From Chrysomallon squamiferum (taxonomy: Eukaryota > Animalia > Mollusca), in contig CM022668.1 in NCBI GenBank assembly GCA_012295275.1, positions 7,564,001 to 7,628,000 of the forward strand: a stretch of 64,000 nt of DNA, written 5' to 3'. Numbering within the stretch: the stretch's first letter is position 1; every line of letters starts with the position of its first letter. The notes below the pieces were generated by a model that did not search any database, was not told the DNA's origin, and worked only from the letters and a program-made list of their open reading frames with translations. The translations under genes and the position numbers were made by a program. Below are positions 13,756 through 29,290 of this stretch, one piece after another.

Positions 13756-14914
13756 AAACCTTTCTGATGATCAGTGAACAATTAAAGTGAAGTAGCCTTG
13801 GAAAACAAAAACTGAAATCAATAACAATGTGGATTAGGATTTATTTATTTATCTTTGAGCTAATAAATTTGTTAATCTGATGTGGACATGGCTCAGTTGT
13901 TGGGGATTAAACAGGCAAATTGATGCTTTTATATAATTAGAGGTTCACATCAATTCAGTTCTGAGAACTCCTGTCAGAACTTCTATTTTAAATTGTACAC
14001 ACTGAATCAGATTAAATAGAAAATGCAAAAGTGAGATAAATAAATAAAATAAAACAAAAATAAAAATATGTAAAAATAAATAATCTAAATATAAATAAAT
14101 GAATAAAACTATATTAATCTAAAATATATATGAAAATAATTAAGTAAATAAAAATATTAAAGTTATATTAAAATAAAAAAATTATATTAAATAAATAAAA
14201 ATAAATAAATAAATAATTTATTTATCTGTAAACATCAATTTACAAAGAAAGTTTCTTTCTTTCTTTCTCTATTTGTTTTTTATTTATTATTTTTTATAAT
14301 TTTTATTTACTTATCTTGTTATACTCAGCAAAACATTCTCATCCTTATCTGTTTGTGATAAACATTTTTTTGTGACTGAACATAATTAGATACACCGTAA
14401 AGATTACAATTTACAAACCTATGTAAGTAGTGGTCCTAGACACAAAGATAAAAATAAAACATTTGTTAAATAATTTTACCTCTTATAGAATGAATCAGTA
14501 TAAACTATTTTGTTAAAGGCATTGTTTTATTAGAAGTGAATATCAATATAGATTTTAATTTTATGTTTGTTACATGTCTTATTGTCTTATTTGACCTTCA
14601 CAAAACCTCATTTCACCCTTAAGTTCCTCACGTAGACCTGATATGTCTAGAGGGAGAAGTCATGTCTCCAAATATTTCTAGCCTAGCTTGAACTATTCAA
14701 TAATATAACAAATTAACCATGTTAGCTCAAAACATCACTTCACCCTAAAGTTATATATATATATATAAATTAAAATTTGTAATTAAATATGTTATAATGT
14801 TATCTTTGATGACAAAAGAAAAGAAAGGATATTGTGAACATTTTTTCAAATGTTTATACTTTTATTTTCATGTTTTTATTTTTTCAGTTTATTATTTCAT
14901 TCTTTTTTTATTTC

Positions 14915-14949
<35 letters not shown>

Positions 14950-16449
14950 CACTTTTATGATTTATTATCATTTATAATCAATCTGTTGAAATAAGGTATC
15001 ATATGTATCACATCCATCACAGGCATTTTTATTATCTCATATCACAACACAAGTAATGCTTTTTTTTATCTTTTTATTCAAAAGATAAATCTAATTTCTC
15101 TCATGAGGATTCTTTCCAAATGAGACTGGTAGATAAATTTTGCTTTTATCGATAAACTGACTTTTAAAAATTTTGTCTGTCTCGATCCAATAAAGATCTC
15201 AATATACAATCCCAAAACACATGAATTAGTTTTGTTCAGTTGTCAGAAGGAAGCTAAGATGAAAACAGCAGTGAATGGTATAGGAAGCCCCTGTATGTAT
15301 ATTTTTTTAATACTCTGAGTGGTTTCCACAGTATTTGAAAATAATCTTAAAAATATAATACAGCTGGTTAATTAACAAGTTTCTTTAATTGTATAAAAAT
15401 TATCTGCTTACATTAATAAACTGACCATGAATATGTTTGTGTATTTTTTTTTTTTTTTTTTTTTAGTTATCATATGAAAAAACAATAAGAAAGAATAAAA
15501 TATTAGAAATAAAAAGAAAGTAATTAATGAAAAATAAAAAAAATATACATTTATGTCTTATTAATATTTATGAATTGACTGTAATTGTCTGAAAATAAAA
15601 ACAAAGACAGTTTAAGACCTTCAAGAAAAATATTATGAAAAATCAATATGGCTGATTGCTAGCCCAAGGGGAGCAAACTCTGAAACATTTTATTAAAGTT
15701 CATTAACTCTGGCTTGAATAATTATAACATGAACATCAAACCAGGAATGAGATATTTGTGGTTGCTAATGACAAGACTTAACGAAATCAACACATTGTAA
15801 TTTCTCATTGCTCCCCTAAGGGGAAACAAATCTAGCCAAACTTGAGTAATCACGGGTAATGCAAACAGAAGAGCTAAAATTACCAAAGTCATTAAAAGGG
15901 AGATAATTAAAATTCAAGTCATTGCTGGGAAGACAATTTATATTCGAGACAGTCAGAAAGTGAATTTTCTGTTAATGTAAAGAGTACATTGGTACTAATT
16001 TCTAAAGAACTGCAGAAACTGACTTGCAAAGACTTTTAAAAATAACTTGAAGACAATGCTGATACAATTCTGAGGTCACTATCTTGTGTAGAACAACATA
16101 TAGTATAATATATAATTGCACAATAAGAAATGGTGTTTTTGACATTATAATTTTTCAGCTGAATCTTGTTTTATAAATAGATTTTCTAGAAATCTTTTTG
16201 GCATGAACTAACACCCATATAATATGACATACACACACACACACATACAGTATACATATACAAACATACATACATGACATACAGACAGACAGTCAGACAT
16301 ACATACATACATATATGTACACACACACATTCATGGAACAATATGGATACATAACAAAGTACTTAAACACAGAGGAACAGCAGGTCGCAAGATCAGTTCC
16401 TTTCAGAGGACCAAGTTGCCAACAAACCATTCCAAACAGTTTATCAAAT

Positions 16450-16625
16450 CATGTGCTGTATATGGGATGGCACTTATCAAAGATCACTTACTGCTAATAA
16501 AAAAATAGTAACCCATCATTCAGTTTTCCTTTCCCATTATCTGTTGATCTTAACAAACATGTGAACCACATAAACCGCAGATTAAAACAGTGTTAAGTGC
16601 ATCATTAAACAAAATATCACCCTCC
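16450..16625 (+). mobile_element. Decayed SINE, core and 3' tail
   Basis: ctgtatatgggatggcacttatcaaagatcacttactgctaat...agtaaccc aligns by eye with about 55805-55865. The overall layout resembles a mollusc tRNA-derived SINE recalled from memory and not searched. Confidence 0.55.
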
Positions 16626-19195
16626 GCTTTCTGCTAGCTATCAAAAATGAAGACATAAAACTTGAGGAATATGGGTTAAAACAAACACACAGACGTTTTG
16701 AAAAAGAAGGAAGGATTGTTACATTCAAGTGTGTTAAAAGCTACTGTGAGTATAGCATTTCATTTCCTCCAGAGTATTAAAACCACATTGAGTTTGTGGT
16801 GATAGCAGAATTATCAGAGAGATGTTAATAGTTTCCACTGCTAAAGTCTTCTAATAAATAACTCATTTTGCAAGCCAGGAGATAGGAGCTAAAGAAAATA
16901 TTTATAAATAAATAAACCAAGATATGGGATAAGTTTTTTTAATTTATTTTTGTTTTTGTTAATGTTTTGCTTCCAAGGTATTCAGAATGTAGTGATAATT
17001 TGTATATTAGTGAGATTGCAGTAAATAACTTTATGTGGATGGATGGATAGATGTACAGATGGATGAACTTACAAACAAATAGTTAGACAGGTAGAAAGTT
17101 AGACACTAGTATTGATTGACATAATTAACATTACACACAGACACAGACACACACATACACAGACACAGACACACAGACACACACATACAGACACACACAC
17201 AGACACACACACAGATACACACATACACAGACACACACACATACAGAGACATAGTGACTAACTGATAGAAAAAGAGATAGACAACCAGTACGTAGGCAGA
17301 CAGATATACACAGATAAACATACATACATATATAAACATATATACATAGATATATATACTGACAGATATATACATATATAGATATATTTACACAGACATA
17401 CAGACATATACACAGATATAAATACAGACAGATATTTACACAGATAAACACACAGACAGATAATACACATAGACATACAGACAAATATATACACAGATAT
17501 ATAGACAAATATATAAATAGATATACAGACAGATATACACAGACAGACATACAAAAAGATATACAGACAGGTATACATATATATATATATACAGATAAGT
17601 AAAAAATAAACAGACAGACAGACAGATAATATGTATATATATATAGACAGACAGATTAATAGATAGATAGATAGACAGGTATGTGATATATGAATGAACA
17701 GATGGATGGACAAAAATACAGAAGCAGAGTGTAAAAAGTTATGGACAGAAACACAAACAAACAAAACAATTAGCAGGCAGACAGATGAAGATTTACGCTT
17801 GGGAATATCTGCACAATAACTGAAATGTAAAATTCAGTTAATTTGTTGCTCTGGGAAAAATTCAGGTGTGTCGATTGACTAGAAATATATTTCCATTTTG
17901 CAATTAGGAATATACCTGTATTATGTAAACACAGACACATTATGTAATAATGCTGAACAAAACATAGATATTGAATAAATGGGCTTATGTAATGAATGGC
18001 ATTGTTCATGCTGTGCCATTAGTGGGTAGAATCAGTTGGATTAACTGTGTATACTTTGCAAATGTAGAGATTTCATGGTCCCAGGGTCAATCCCATTCAA
18101 TGGAAACATTCTTTTTTTAATTTTTTTTTTTTTTTAAATGTGTTATTTATTATGTATTTATTTATTTGATGTGTGTTTGTTTGTTTGTTTGTCTGTTTAT
18201 TTATTTGTTTGTTTGTTTGTTTGTTTGTTTATTTTTATTATTACTTTTTAAATTTTAGAAGAATTTTATCAACAAATCTTACCAAATAGGATCTTACATT
18301 TTTAAAACTTTTTGAAAATATATGTAAATGATTCTTTGCCTTTTGTATAAATAAACAAAGTGGCAGAATTCAGTTTATCATGTTTTTAAATAAACCAACC
18401 ATAAAAAAGAAACAACAAAAGATTATTTTCCCAGCTACATCAAGTAATTAAAATGTGTTTCATTGGTCAGTACAAAGGCTATAAATATAAACTGATATTT
18501 GATTGGTTAAAACTATTTAAATTCTGTTAGCTGCAGAATATTTTATTGTTGTTGTTGTTCCAGAAATAAACAGATAATAAAAACAGTGCTGCCAGTAACA
18601 CATTTATAGTTGCTATAGTAACAGGATATTTCTGATGTTTTTACGTATATTTATATTTGTCTGTTTGCGTGTTCTGATAAAAATGAAAAAAGTAATTTCA
18701 GTTTTCACGTTACTGACATCTGATATAGCAATACATGTCTTAAACTGATGAGTCATTTTTAACCTATCTGCACTGGTGACCATTTTTTCATTTTATCCAG
18801 TTCCATGTAATTTAACTAACATTCTGACCCATTCAGTAACTAATTTAACCAATCTACCTTTACTTCATCATTAAAATGTCTTGGTTTAGACTTTTTTCTT
18901 TTCTAGATCATTAAAAATATTTCATTTTGACCTTTTCTCCATATTCTCCTTTTCTACATTATTAAAAGAGTTAAATTTTGATCTATTTTAATCAGTCATC
19001 TACTTTGACTGAGTATTAACAAACTTCATTACTAACCAGTCTATGATTTGACCAATATTCCATACTGACCTATCTAAATCATTAAGACATTTATTATTTC
19101 ATGAATCTGTAAATGATAATGATATATTATTCACATTATCTTTTGTATGCCAAATACAATTCTCTTTTTTTTTAATATATACATCCATATGCATA

Positions 19196-19257
<62 letters not shown>

Positions 19258-20080
19258 TGCACATACATACATGTGTGTGTATGTATGTATATGTATATAT
19301 AAATGTGTGTGTTATATATGTTTGTGTGTTTGTATGTATGTATGTATGTATGCATGTGTGTATATATATATATGTATATATGTTTTATATGATAAGAATA
19401 TTGAAAATTGAAAATTAATTTACCATTGTCTGAAAACTAGATCAGTTAAATTGTATTCTCACGTGTCTGTTCGTACGTCTGTATTCTGTCACTAATGTAA
19501 CATGCATGGCTTCATCTTTCCTTGATTAATGCTCAGTTCAGAAAAAAATAATAATAAAAATTCCCTGACGTTAAAAAAAATAAATGATTAAAAAAAACCA
19601 TTTGTGTAATTTAAAACTGGAGAATGGCAAAAAGCTATTTATCTTTTAGTAACATCCATCAGTCGTTCCTGGGGACAGCTGATTCTGCATCATCTCTCTG
19701 ATAGACACATGAAACACATCAAGGGGCTAAAAATAAAATCATTTTACTGCCATCTCTGAAAAAGTACTGAAACCGGAGGAGTTCTGAGTGCATTCTGACG
19801 AACAGGGAGAAAAAACATGTCTATGTTTATCGATGGAAATAAATGTTTTTTAATTAATGCTAAAAAATAAATAAAAAAATAAAAAATTCAGTTTATCTTT
19901 ATAATTGCTTTTCCAGTTAATCTGTGAAAAAAAAACAAGGTTTTAGTTTTAGTTAATCATGCAAACATGTTTTACAGTTCATCCTACAAATTTGTATATT
20001 TTAAAGTTCAATATAAAACAAAATGTTTCGGTGCATGAATATACATGTGTGTTGAATATGTATGTGTATGCTAGTGCATG

Positions 20081-20127
<47 letters not shown>

Positions 20128-20387
20128 CCATTCTACATTAGCACTGCTGTATCATGTTAATATGAGTAAATCCTTTGTTTTGACATCAGTTGATGCAGTT
20201 ATCTGAAAAGCATTCACTAAAAGCCATTGCTAATGATAGGTATTAATGCAAAGAGTTTTGTTTCACAACAAAACCATTTCTGTTAACAGTGTCCAGCAAA
20301 CACAGGCTAGATTACCACAGGCAGTGGAAGAGCAGGGAGAGGGAGGGTGGGAGTGGGGGGAGAAACAGATAGAGACAAAGAGACAGA

Positions 20388-20482
<95 letters not shown>

Positions 20483-21003
20483 GACTGTCAGTACAGCAGT
20501 GTTAGATGAATACTAATATTCAAATAAAATTCGTGATTAAGTGTCACCATTCTCAGATAATATTCTAGATTATTTCAATAATATTTTAGAATAAAGGTCA
20601 TAAACATCAGAATAATATTGCAGATTACATGTCACCATTTTTTGCCCAGTAATAATCAGGGTTGAATGACGGCAATATCCCAGCAATATTTTATGTTTAA
20701 AATCACCATAACCTTGCAATAACAACGACAATAAACTGCTCTCCAATAAAACTCTCCTTTTTGCAACACCACACACTTATGACAGCAACCCCAGTTGTCC
20801 ATAGACAATACAAAGAGCTGTCCATTCAAGACCACTGTCCATTTGTGAATAAAAAATGGACCAGAAGGCCAGAGGTCACTCTGACACCGGTGAACTTGTC
20901 AATAGAGAGTAGTGATATTGATTTCCAATTAAGAGAAGTTTCACCTCGGTGACTTCTGTCTATAAACTACGCCAATATTAGAGTTAAGTTTTCTACGTCA
21001 GAC

Positions 21004-21843
21004 GAACACTCTGGTAACTGAATACATGGGGGACTGAACACACTGGTAACTGAACATACTGGTAACTGAAAACACAGGTAACTGAATACATGGGGGACTG
21101 AAAACACAGGTAACTAAAAACACTGGTAACTGAAAACACTGGTAACTGAATACACAGGTAACTGAACACACTGGTAACTGAACACACTGGTAACTGAATA
21201 CATGGGGGACTGAACACACTGGTAACTGAACACACTGGTAACTGAACACACAGGTAACTGAATACACAGGTAACTGAACACACAGGTAACTGAATACACT
21301 GGTAACTGAACACACTGGTAACTGAATACACTGGTAACTGAATACACAGGTAACTGAACACACTGGTAACTGAACACACTGGTAACTGAATACATGGGGG
21401 ACTGAACACACTGGTAACTGAACACACTGGTAACTGAAAACACAGGTAACTGAACACACGTAACTGAACACACTGGTAACTGAATACACAGGTAACTGAA
21501 CACACTGGTAACTGAATACACAGGTAACTGAACACACTGGTAACTGAACACACTGGTAACTGAACACACTGGTAACTGAAAACACTGGTAACTGAAAACA
21601 CTGGTAACTGAATACATGGGGGACTGAATACACAGGTAACTGAACACACAGGTAACTGAACACACTGGTAACTGAACACACAGGTAACTGAACACACAGG
21701 TAACTGAATACACTGGTAACTGAACACACTGGTAACTGAACACACTGGTAACTGAATACACAGGTAACTGAATACACAGGTAACTGAACACACTGGTAAC
21801 TGAACACACTGGTAACTGAACACACTGGTAACTGAAAACACAA
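21004..21843. repeat. Homogeneous 16-bp minisatellite (GGTAACTGAACACACT), about 52 copies
   Basis: 16-bp period is directly visible. A variant unit TACATGGGGGACTGAA occurs at 21023, 21087, 21199, 21391 and 21613. Confidence 0.97.
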
Positions 21844-21969
21844 CTGGAAGTCTGTGTTAAACTGGTGACAGTTTTCAATGCTTCTTTTTATTTTCCCAAA
21901 ACTATTTTTTCTGTATATATTTTTGGTGGGTTTTTTTGTTTGTTTATTTGTTTAGTTTTTCATTTATTT

Positions 21970-22024
<55 letters not shown>

Positions 22025-23152
22025 TTATTATTATTTTTTTATTATTTTTTAAAAGTTGCTATAATTAATGTTTTTTTCTATTTTTAATGTTTTAAAAATA
22101 TTATTTACTTTTTTGTTTAAGTTATTATTCCAATTTTTTTTTCTCTAATTTGTATTTTGTTATTATCATGATTATTCTGACTTATCATTATTATAATTAT
22201 TATAATCTTAAATATTTAAACATTATCATCACTATCATCATCATCATTATCAACACCATCATCGTCACGTTCTTTCCATCATTATCTTTTCTTCTTTTTC
22301 CCTACTGAATAATCATCAAGAGTGATACATCTGTACTGAAATTCTAATTTGTACTTTTCAAAAGAAACCCCCACACAAAAAACACCTCTCTAAGGAGTAA
22401 GAAGGTAAAAAAATGGTGTTTGTTTAACCACATGGCTTAATGAAATTCACTGGAGTCAGATAGAGTGTCAAACAAAAAAAATAATTAAATAAAAAAAACT
22501 TAGAAGTACAAAGTTGGGGCCTTTTTACGTGTACTTTTGTGTAAAGATGAAAACAAATCAGAACATAATGTCTGGTTTTATTAACTTGAAGCAAGGGTTC
22601 TTTTATTTGCACTTTTATATAATGGATAAAAAAAAAGTATATAATGTCTGTTATGTTGTCATTATTAACTAGCAGGAAAGGGTATTTTCTTTGCACTTTT
22701 GTACAAAGGATAAAAAAGCCAAAATGTAACAGCTGTCACTATCAGTTACAAGCAAGGATTCTTTTATTACAAAGTAGAAAAGCTATAATTATCAAGAGTT
22801 CTTTTATTAGCATATAGTATAAAACAATCTCTTGCTGCTATATGGTAAAACATTTCATTCTTTCATTCATTCGCTCATTCATCAATTCAATAATTAATTA
22901 ATCAGTTCATTCATCCATCCATCTACCCATCCACCCATCCATCCATCCATTCATTTTTTTCATTCTCTCTTTCATTCATGTCCAGGAATGACATCCTCAA
23001 TTAGCAAGCAGAAAACAGCTGAATGTAAAATTGATCTCTGACAGCATCAGAGACAAAATTGCAGTTTGAAACTGATGGTTAACATTTACACACTGCTCCA
23101 GAGATCTAACCACATACTTCTTTTATTGAACCCTGAACACTACCTGAATAGT

Positions 23153-24510
23153 CTTGTCTGACATCAGTGTTATCTCATAAAGAAAATATTACCAGTTTAA
23201 CTTGTCTGACATCAGTGTTGTTAACTCATAAAGAAAATATTACCAGTTTAACTTGTCTGACATCAGTGTTATCTCATAAAGAAAATATTACCAGTTTAAC
23301 TTGTCTGACATCAGTGTCAACTCATAAAGAAAATATTACCAGTTTAACTTGTCTGACATCAGTGTTGTTAACTCATAAAGAAAATATTACCAGTTTAACT
23401 TGTCTGACATCAGTGTTATCTCATAAAGAAAATATTACCAAGTTAACTTGTCTGACATCCGTGTTGTTAACTCATAAAGAAAATATTACCAAGTTAACTT
23501 GTCTGACATCAGTGTCAACTCATAAAGAAAATATTACCAGTTAACTTGTCTGACATCAGTGTTGTCAACTCATAAAGAAAATATTACCAGTTTAACTTGT
23601 CTGACATCAGTGTCAACTCATAAAGAAAATATTACCAGTTTAACTTGTCTGACATCAGTGTTGTCAACTCATAAAGAAAATATTACCCATTTAACTTGTC
23701 TGACATCAGTGTTGTTAACTCATAAAGAAAATATTACCCATTTAACTTGTCTGACATCAGTGTTGTCAACTCATAAAGAAAATATTACCAGTTAACTTGT
23801 CTGACATCAGTGTTGTTAACTCATAAAGAAAATATTACCAATTTACTAAACTGAAAAAATATTACCAAGTTAACTTGTCTGACATCAGTGTTGTTAACTC
23901 ATAAAGAAAATATTACCAATTTACTAAACTGAAAAAATATTACCAAGTTAACTTGTCTGACATCAGTGTTGTTAACTCATAAAGAAAATATTACCAATTT
24001 AAACTAAAACAAATATTACCAAATTGACCTGTTTGATATCAGTGTTTTTAACTCATAAAGAGAATATTACCAATTTAAATTCATGAAGTGAATGTTACCA
24101 AAATGAACTCATAATGAATATATTACTATTATGAACTCATAAAGAAAGTGATAACAAGATAATCTCATAAATACAACATATTACAAAATTAAACTCATAA
24201 CAAAATATTACCAAGTTAAACTCATAAACAAATTAGTTAAATTCATAAACAAGACACTTGATAAAGATCATGAAATGAATATTTTCATTTTAAAATCACA
24301 AAAAAAACCCACCAAAACAATGTTACAAAAGTAAAGTTATAAATGATATATCACACAACCTAATTCATAAAGAGAATATTACCAAATTAAACTTACAAAG
24401 ACAATATTAGCAAAGCAGATATTACCAAATTAAACTTACAAAGACAATATTACCAAAGCAGATATAACCAGTGTACACTGACAAAGAGAGTATTAGCAAA
24501 GAAAACTAAT
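23153..24510. repeat. 48/51-bp minisatellite (AACTCATAAAGAAAATATTACCAGTTTAACTTGTCTGACATCAGTGTTGTT) decaying rightwards into about 26-bp degenerate monomers
   Basis: Near-identical units over 23153-24060. Beyond that only the AACTCATAAA...ATATTACCAA half recurs. Confidence 0.95.
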
Positions 24511-24906
24511 AAAGAGTTATTCTGGGGAGCTAAAGAACAAAATTGGTTAATTTCGAATTTACAGAATCTCTAGAAGTGGAACTGTGAGCAAACCTTGAGA
24601 GAAGAACTAACAGAAATTGTGAAAAACAAATAATTAATTTGGTGTGGCCTGAGATAAATAAAACAGAGTCAAACAAACGGTGAAGTTTTGATTGTGTAAA
24701 ATGTGAAATGAGAATAAAAAGAATAAGTCATGAAATAAACACTAATGGTAAACATTTAAGTAAGAACATACAGAAACTGGTGGAGTAGGGTGGACAATGC
24801 AAAAATAAATAAAATAAACATGTTAACATGCCAGTTATATTTTATCATGACTTGGATTCAGAGAATGCTTAGTTATATAAAGATTTGAAAACAAATTTAC
24901 TGAAAG

Positions 24907-25015
<109 letters not shown>

Positions 25016-25874
25016 ATTTAACTATGTATACTTATAAACACTGAATACCCAAACACACTCACACACACAAACAAATAAGATATATATAGGTTTTGTACAT
25101 GAAAGAAACTGCCAAAATAATAATAACAATAATAATAACGGTAATGATGAGAACAACAACAATAATACCCACAACAAAAACACATACTTAATTATTATAA
25201 CAATCAATTAATTCTTTATTTCTTTTTTCTTTCTTCTTTTTTTTTTACCCAGCATTTTGCTCTGCATTATTATTAGCATTTTATAAAAAATGTAATTTTA
25301 CTAATTACTAGTCGCTAGAGCATTTCAAACGAGCACCAAGTGACATTTCTGTGTTTCTTGGCTGATGCTGCTTTCCAGCAACTGATGTCATTAATTTCAA
25401 CGCAGACAGCAGCAATGTGGGCACCTTCATATTTGACCAGAACCAGATAGCAACAGCAGATAACAGGCGAGAGAGAAAAAAATACTGATAACGACAGTAG
25501 CAGATGAATTATTTTCATACATTCTGAGCAGTGTATTTTTAGTTTTAGTTTTTATTATTTTTATTTTTATTTTTTTTGTTATTATTATTTTTTTATTATT
25601 TTATTATTATTATAATTATTATTATTTATTTTTATTATTTTATTATTATAATTATTATTATTTATTTTTATTATTTTATTATTATTATAATTATTATTAT
25701 TATTTTTATTTTTTATTGTTTTTATTATTATTACTGTTTTATTATTATTATTATTGTTTTATTATTATTATTTATTATTATTATTATTATTGTTCTTTTA
25801 TTATTATTATTATTTATTTTTATTATTTTTTTATTTTATTTTTGTTTTATTAATATTATGTAATTTATTTTTTA

Positions 25875-25910
<36 letters not shown>

Positions 25911-25920
25911 GTTGCTGTTG

Positions 25921-25951
<31 letters not shown>

Positions 25952-26544
25952 GTTATTATTATTGTTTATTATTTTATTTTTGTTCTAGTAATTGAAGTGT
26001 AGGAAGAAGATGATGGCTAGTTTATGAATGGTTATTATTTTTATTGTTTTCATGACAGTATAAGGCAGAGAATTAATTCACATTCATAACAACATTTGTG
26101 TAGAAAGCAGTACCATAAATAAAACATTATTTTGTGAAAACATGATGAAGGAAGAGAACATCAAAAAGAAGAAAAAAATTATCTGTGATTTTCATGACAA
26201 GTTGTTATGAATATTTATGATTTAATTTTTTATTCATTTCTGAAAATTAAATGTCAGAAAAAGGGAAAGTTATTATTCAAAGATCTAAGTTCATGATCAT
26301 TATTTTTAAATTTAAGGAAGAAAAAAAAAAAGAAAATGAGGAGATTGTGTATCTGAGATTCTGAAATTCTATCTCTCTGATGCAGAAATCCAAGATTCCA
26401 AATTGCTATTCCACAGCTGCTGTAGTTTTACCACAAACATACTGAATCATGTAAGAACCTCAGCTATTTCACAGGGTATTCAAAAATCCTGCTGTGGCAA
26501 TACAAAACCTCTACCATAATGATATATGTATAAATCCTACAGCA

Positions 26545-27200
26545 ACAGATATCCTTTCCTAGAAATCCTAGACACTGATATCCTATCTTAGAGTATGTAT
26601 CCTTCATAAAAGCTCTAATGACCAAAAGCTACAGAAATGAGAGCAGACAATTCTACTTTGAAGATATCCTATCACAGAGCATGTATCCTTCAAGAAAGAT
26701 CTAGCTGATGAAATGAAATTTGTCAGTTCTTTTCTGCAGATATCTATACAGACAGAAGATATCCTATACAGTGACAAGATATCCTATCACAGAATATGTA
26801 TCCTTCAAAAAAAGTCTAGTGGATTTAATGAAATTTATCACTTCTCTTCTATTGTACAGAGACAAGATATCCTATACAGTAATAAGATATCCTACAAAGT
26901 GAAAAGATATCATCCTATCACAGAATATGCGCCCTTCAGGAAAGATCTGGTTGCTGTAGTGAAATTTAGTCAATTCTCCTGTAAAAATATCCTATTCAGA
27001 GACAAAATATCCTATCATGGAGTAGGTATCCTTCAGAAAAGCTGTAATGAGAGAAAGCTACAGTAATGAGATTTGTCTGTTCTACTCCACAGATATCCTA
27101 TTCAGAGACAAGATATCCTGTCACAGAGCATGTATCCTTCAATATAGAAATTTGTCATTTCTATCATATTCAAAAGTAAGATAGCCTACCAAGAAGGTTA
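26545..27200. repeat. Degenerate tandem repeat built on AGATATCCTA...ATGTATCCTTCA
   Basis: Many GATATCCT motifs and repeated gtatccttca blocks. Confidence 0.8.
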
Positions 27201-28854
27201 TCTTTCTGAAAAGCTCCATCCACTATAATGTCTATTTTGCTATACAATATCCCACTGAAAACTACTATCAGGATTAAAAAACGATATCTTGTTTAGGTCA
27301 AAATGCCTGATGCAGCTCGGCAAAACCTCGCTGAATCTGGTGATTCTCACCTTCACGGGACACAGCTGGTATCAAAAAAGGAATCCTCTAGGAAGGCTGT
27401 GGTGATAGAAAGCTGCAGTAATCAGTCCTGTCACCACAGACTGCCTTTTACAACAGACCTGATTCTCCACTCAAAAAACAAATTATCAAAAATGCATTTT
27501 CTAAAATCACTCTTCATCAGTTCTATTTAAATTTCCATCAAGCTTCCCAAAATAAAATTTAAGGGAAAAAAAAGATTTATGGAAGAAGAAAGGAAAAAGG
27601 AAAAAAAAAAAAAAAAAAATTGAATAAAGAATCTCCCAACAAGCACTTTCAATCTCATTTAGGTGTTTGCATGATTTGCAGCATGTAATTCTGAGTGTGT
27701 TTTAATAACATTGAGACACAAGCTCAAGAATACAAGAAATGCTTTCTACAGGCTCCAGGGAATGCTTACTCCAAAACGTCTCTTAGCTCTTGGCCAATTT
27801 GAAACACCGCGAATCTCCAAATAATTATCTATTATATAATGAGGAAAATTTTAGCACCAATGGCCTTCCATAATAACTGAGTGTATCTGCTTCTGCTTGC
27901 ATAATTAACTTCTTTTTTCTTCTTCTTCTTTTCTTCTTCCCATTTCTCTCTCTCTCTCTTGAGCACCCACTGTTTTCACAGTGGTTTCTTTCTTCCAGGA
28001 GAAGAATGGTTAATTACTGAAAAATCTCTGCTTAAAGGGTCTCACTCCACTCTTTTGATCAGGAACAAAAGTTGCATCCGTTTGATGAAATGGCAGACAA
28101 ATCAAGTGCCCTGTTTCAGTGAGCCCATGCTGTTTGTAACCAAATTAGCCATTGGCTAATTTAATCTGAGCAAAAAAGATGGCAAATGAATAGAGTTAAA
28201 AATTCAGGCTAAGTGTTGATGTTTTTTTTTTTTTTGTTTTTTTTTTTAATGATTTTGAAATTGTTGGTGAGAAAACACACACATAGTTACTTATTCATTT
28301 CATTTACTAAACCTGAAGATAATTAAATTTACTTTCTATATTCATTTTTCAAAATCTTTTCCGTCTCACTCACTTTTTTCTTTCTTTTTTCCACTAAATT
28401 CTGACAATTATACAAATGATATTTTTTATTAAAATAAGTTAGCCCTATGCAAAATTATACTGTTTCATATAAGTGCTATCAGCATACAAAATTGACTTTA
28501 TCTGGTTCAGTAAAGTACATTATTACTATTTATTTCTTCTTATATCTGACAACTTGAATCAAAAGCACAGCCAGAGTACATTAAAGTATTTGAAGTGAAA
28601 CATTAAAGATTCAAACACATTTCAAACTTGAGTAAGTCTTTCTCTAATGAAAATACAATCTGACATCAAACGTCATCATTTAAATACACAGTAAGCCATA
28701 CAGTTGTTTTAAATGTAAAGCTAGTCATATATCAATTTAAATGTAAAAATAGACGCACATATTTTAAATGTAAAAGCAGTCAAACACTCTTTCTTTTCTT
28801 TTGATACAAATGTAGCTAGGCATTCTTTTAAATTTAAAGCTAGTGGGGCTTTGG

Positions 28855-29290
28855 TTTTAGAAGTAAAGCCAGTCATGCATTTGTAAGTTAGTTTCACATT
28901 TGTTTGTTGCCCATTGTTTTAAAGGTAAAGCTAGCCACACATTTGAAAGTTAGTTTCACATTTGTTTGTTGCTCACTGTTTTAAAAGTAAAGCTACCTAC
29001 GCATTTGAAAGTTAGTTTCACATTTGTTTAGACAACAAGAAGCATTATTTTTAGAAAACATGTTGGTATCTAGTTACATATTCTAAACATTTAAGCTCAT
29101 CGTTTTAAAAGTAAAGCTAGCCACGCATTTGAAAGTTAGTTTCACACTTGTTTGTTTCTCATTGTTTTAAAAGTAAAGCTTGCCACGCATTTGAAAGTTA
29201 GTTTCTCACTTGTTTGTTGCTCATTGTTTTAAAAGTAAAGCTTGCCACGCATTTGAAAGTTAGTTTCACATTTGTTTGTTGCTCATTGTG
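28855..29290. repeat. 62-bp tandem repeat (TTGTTTTAAAAGTAAAGCT...GAAAGTTAGTTTCACATTTGTTTGTTGCTCA)
   Basis: Period 62 (29162 to 29224). The array is interrupted by an approximately 75-bp segment at about 29020-29097 that recurs at about 30008-30085. Confidence 0.9.

Noticed and set aside
20993-21878. Three long overlapping minus-strand ORFs (254-282 aa)
   Set aside because: They result from a stop-free 16-bp repeat that cycles through all three frames.
23153-24060. CRISPR-like appearance of the regular repeats here and at 42336-43130
   Set aside because: The units are contiguous with no unique spacers, there are no cas genes, and the context is eukaryotic.
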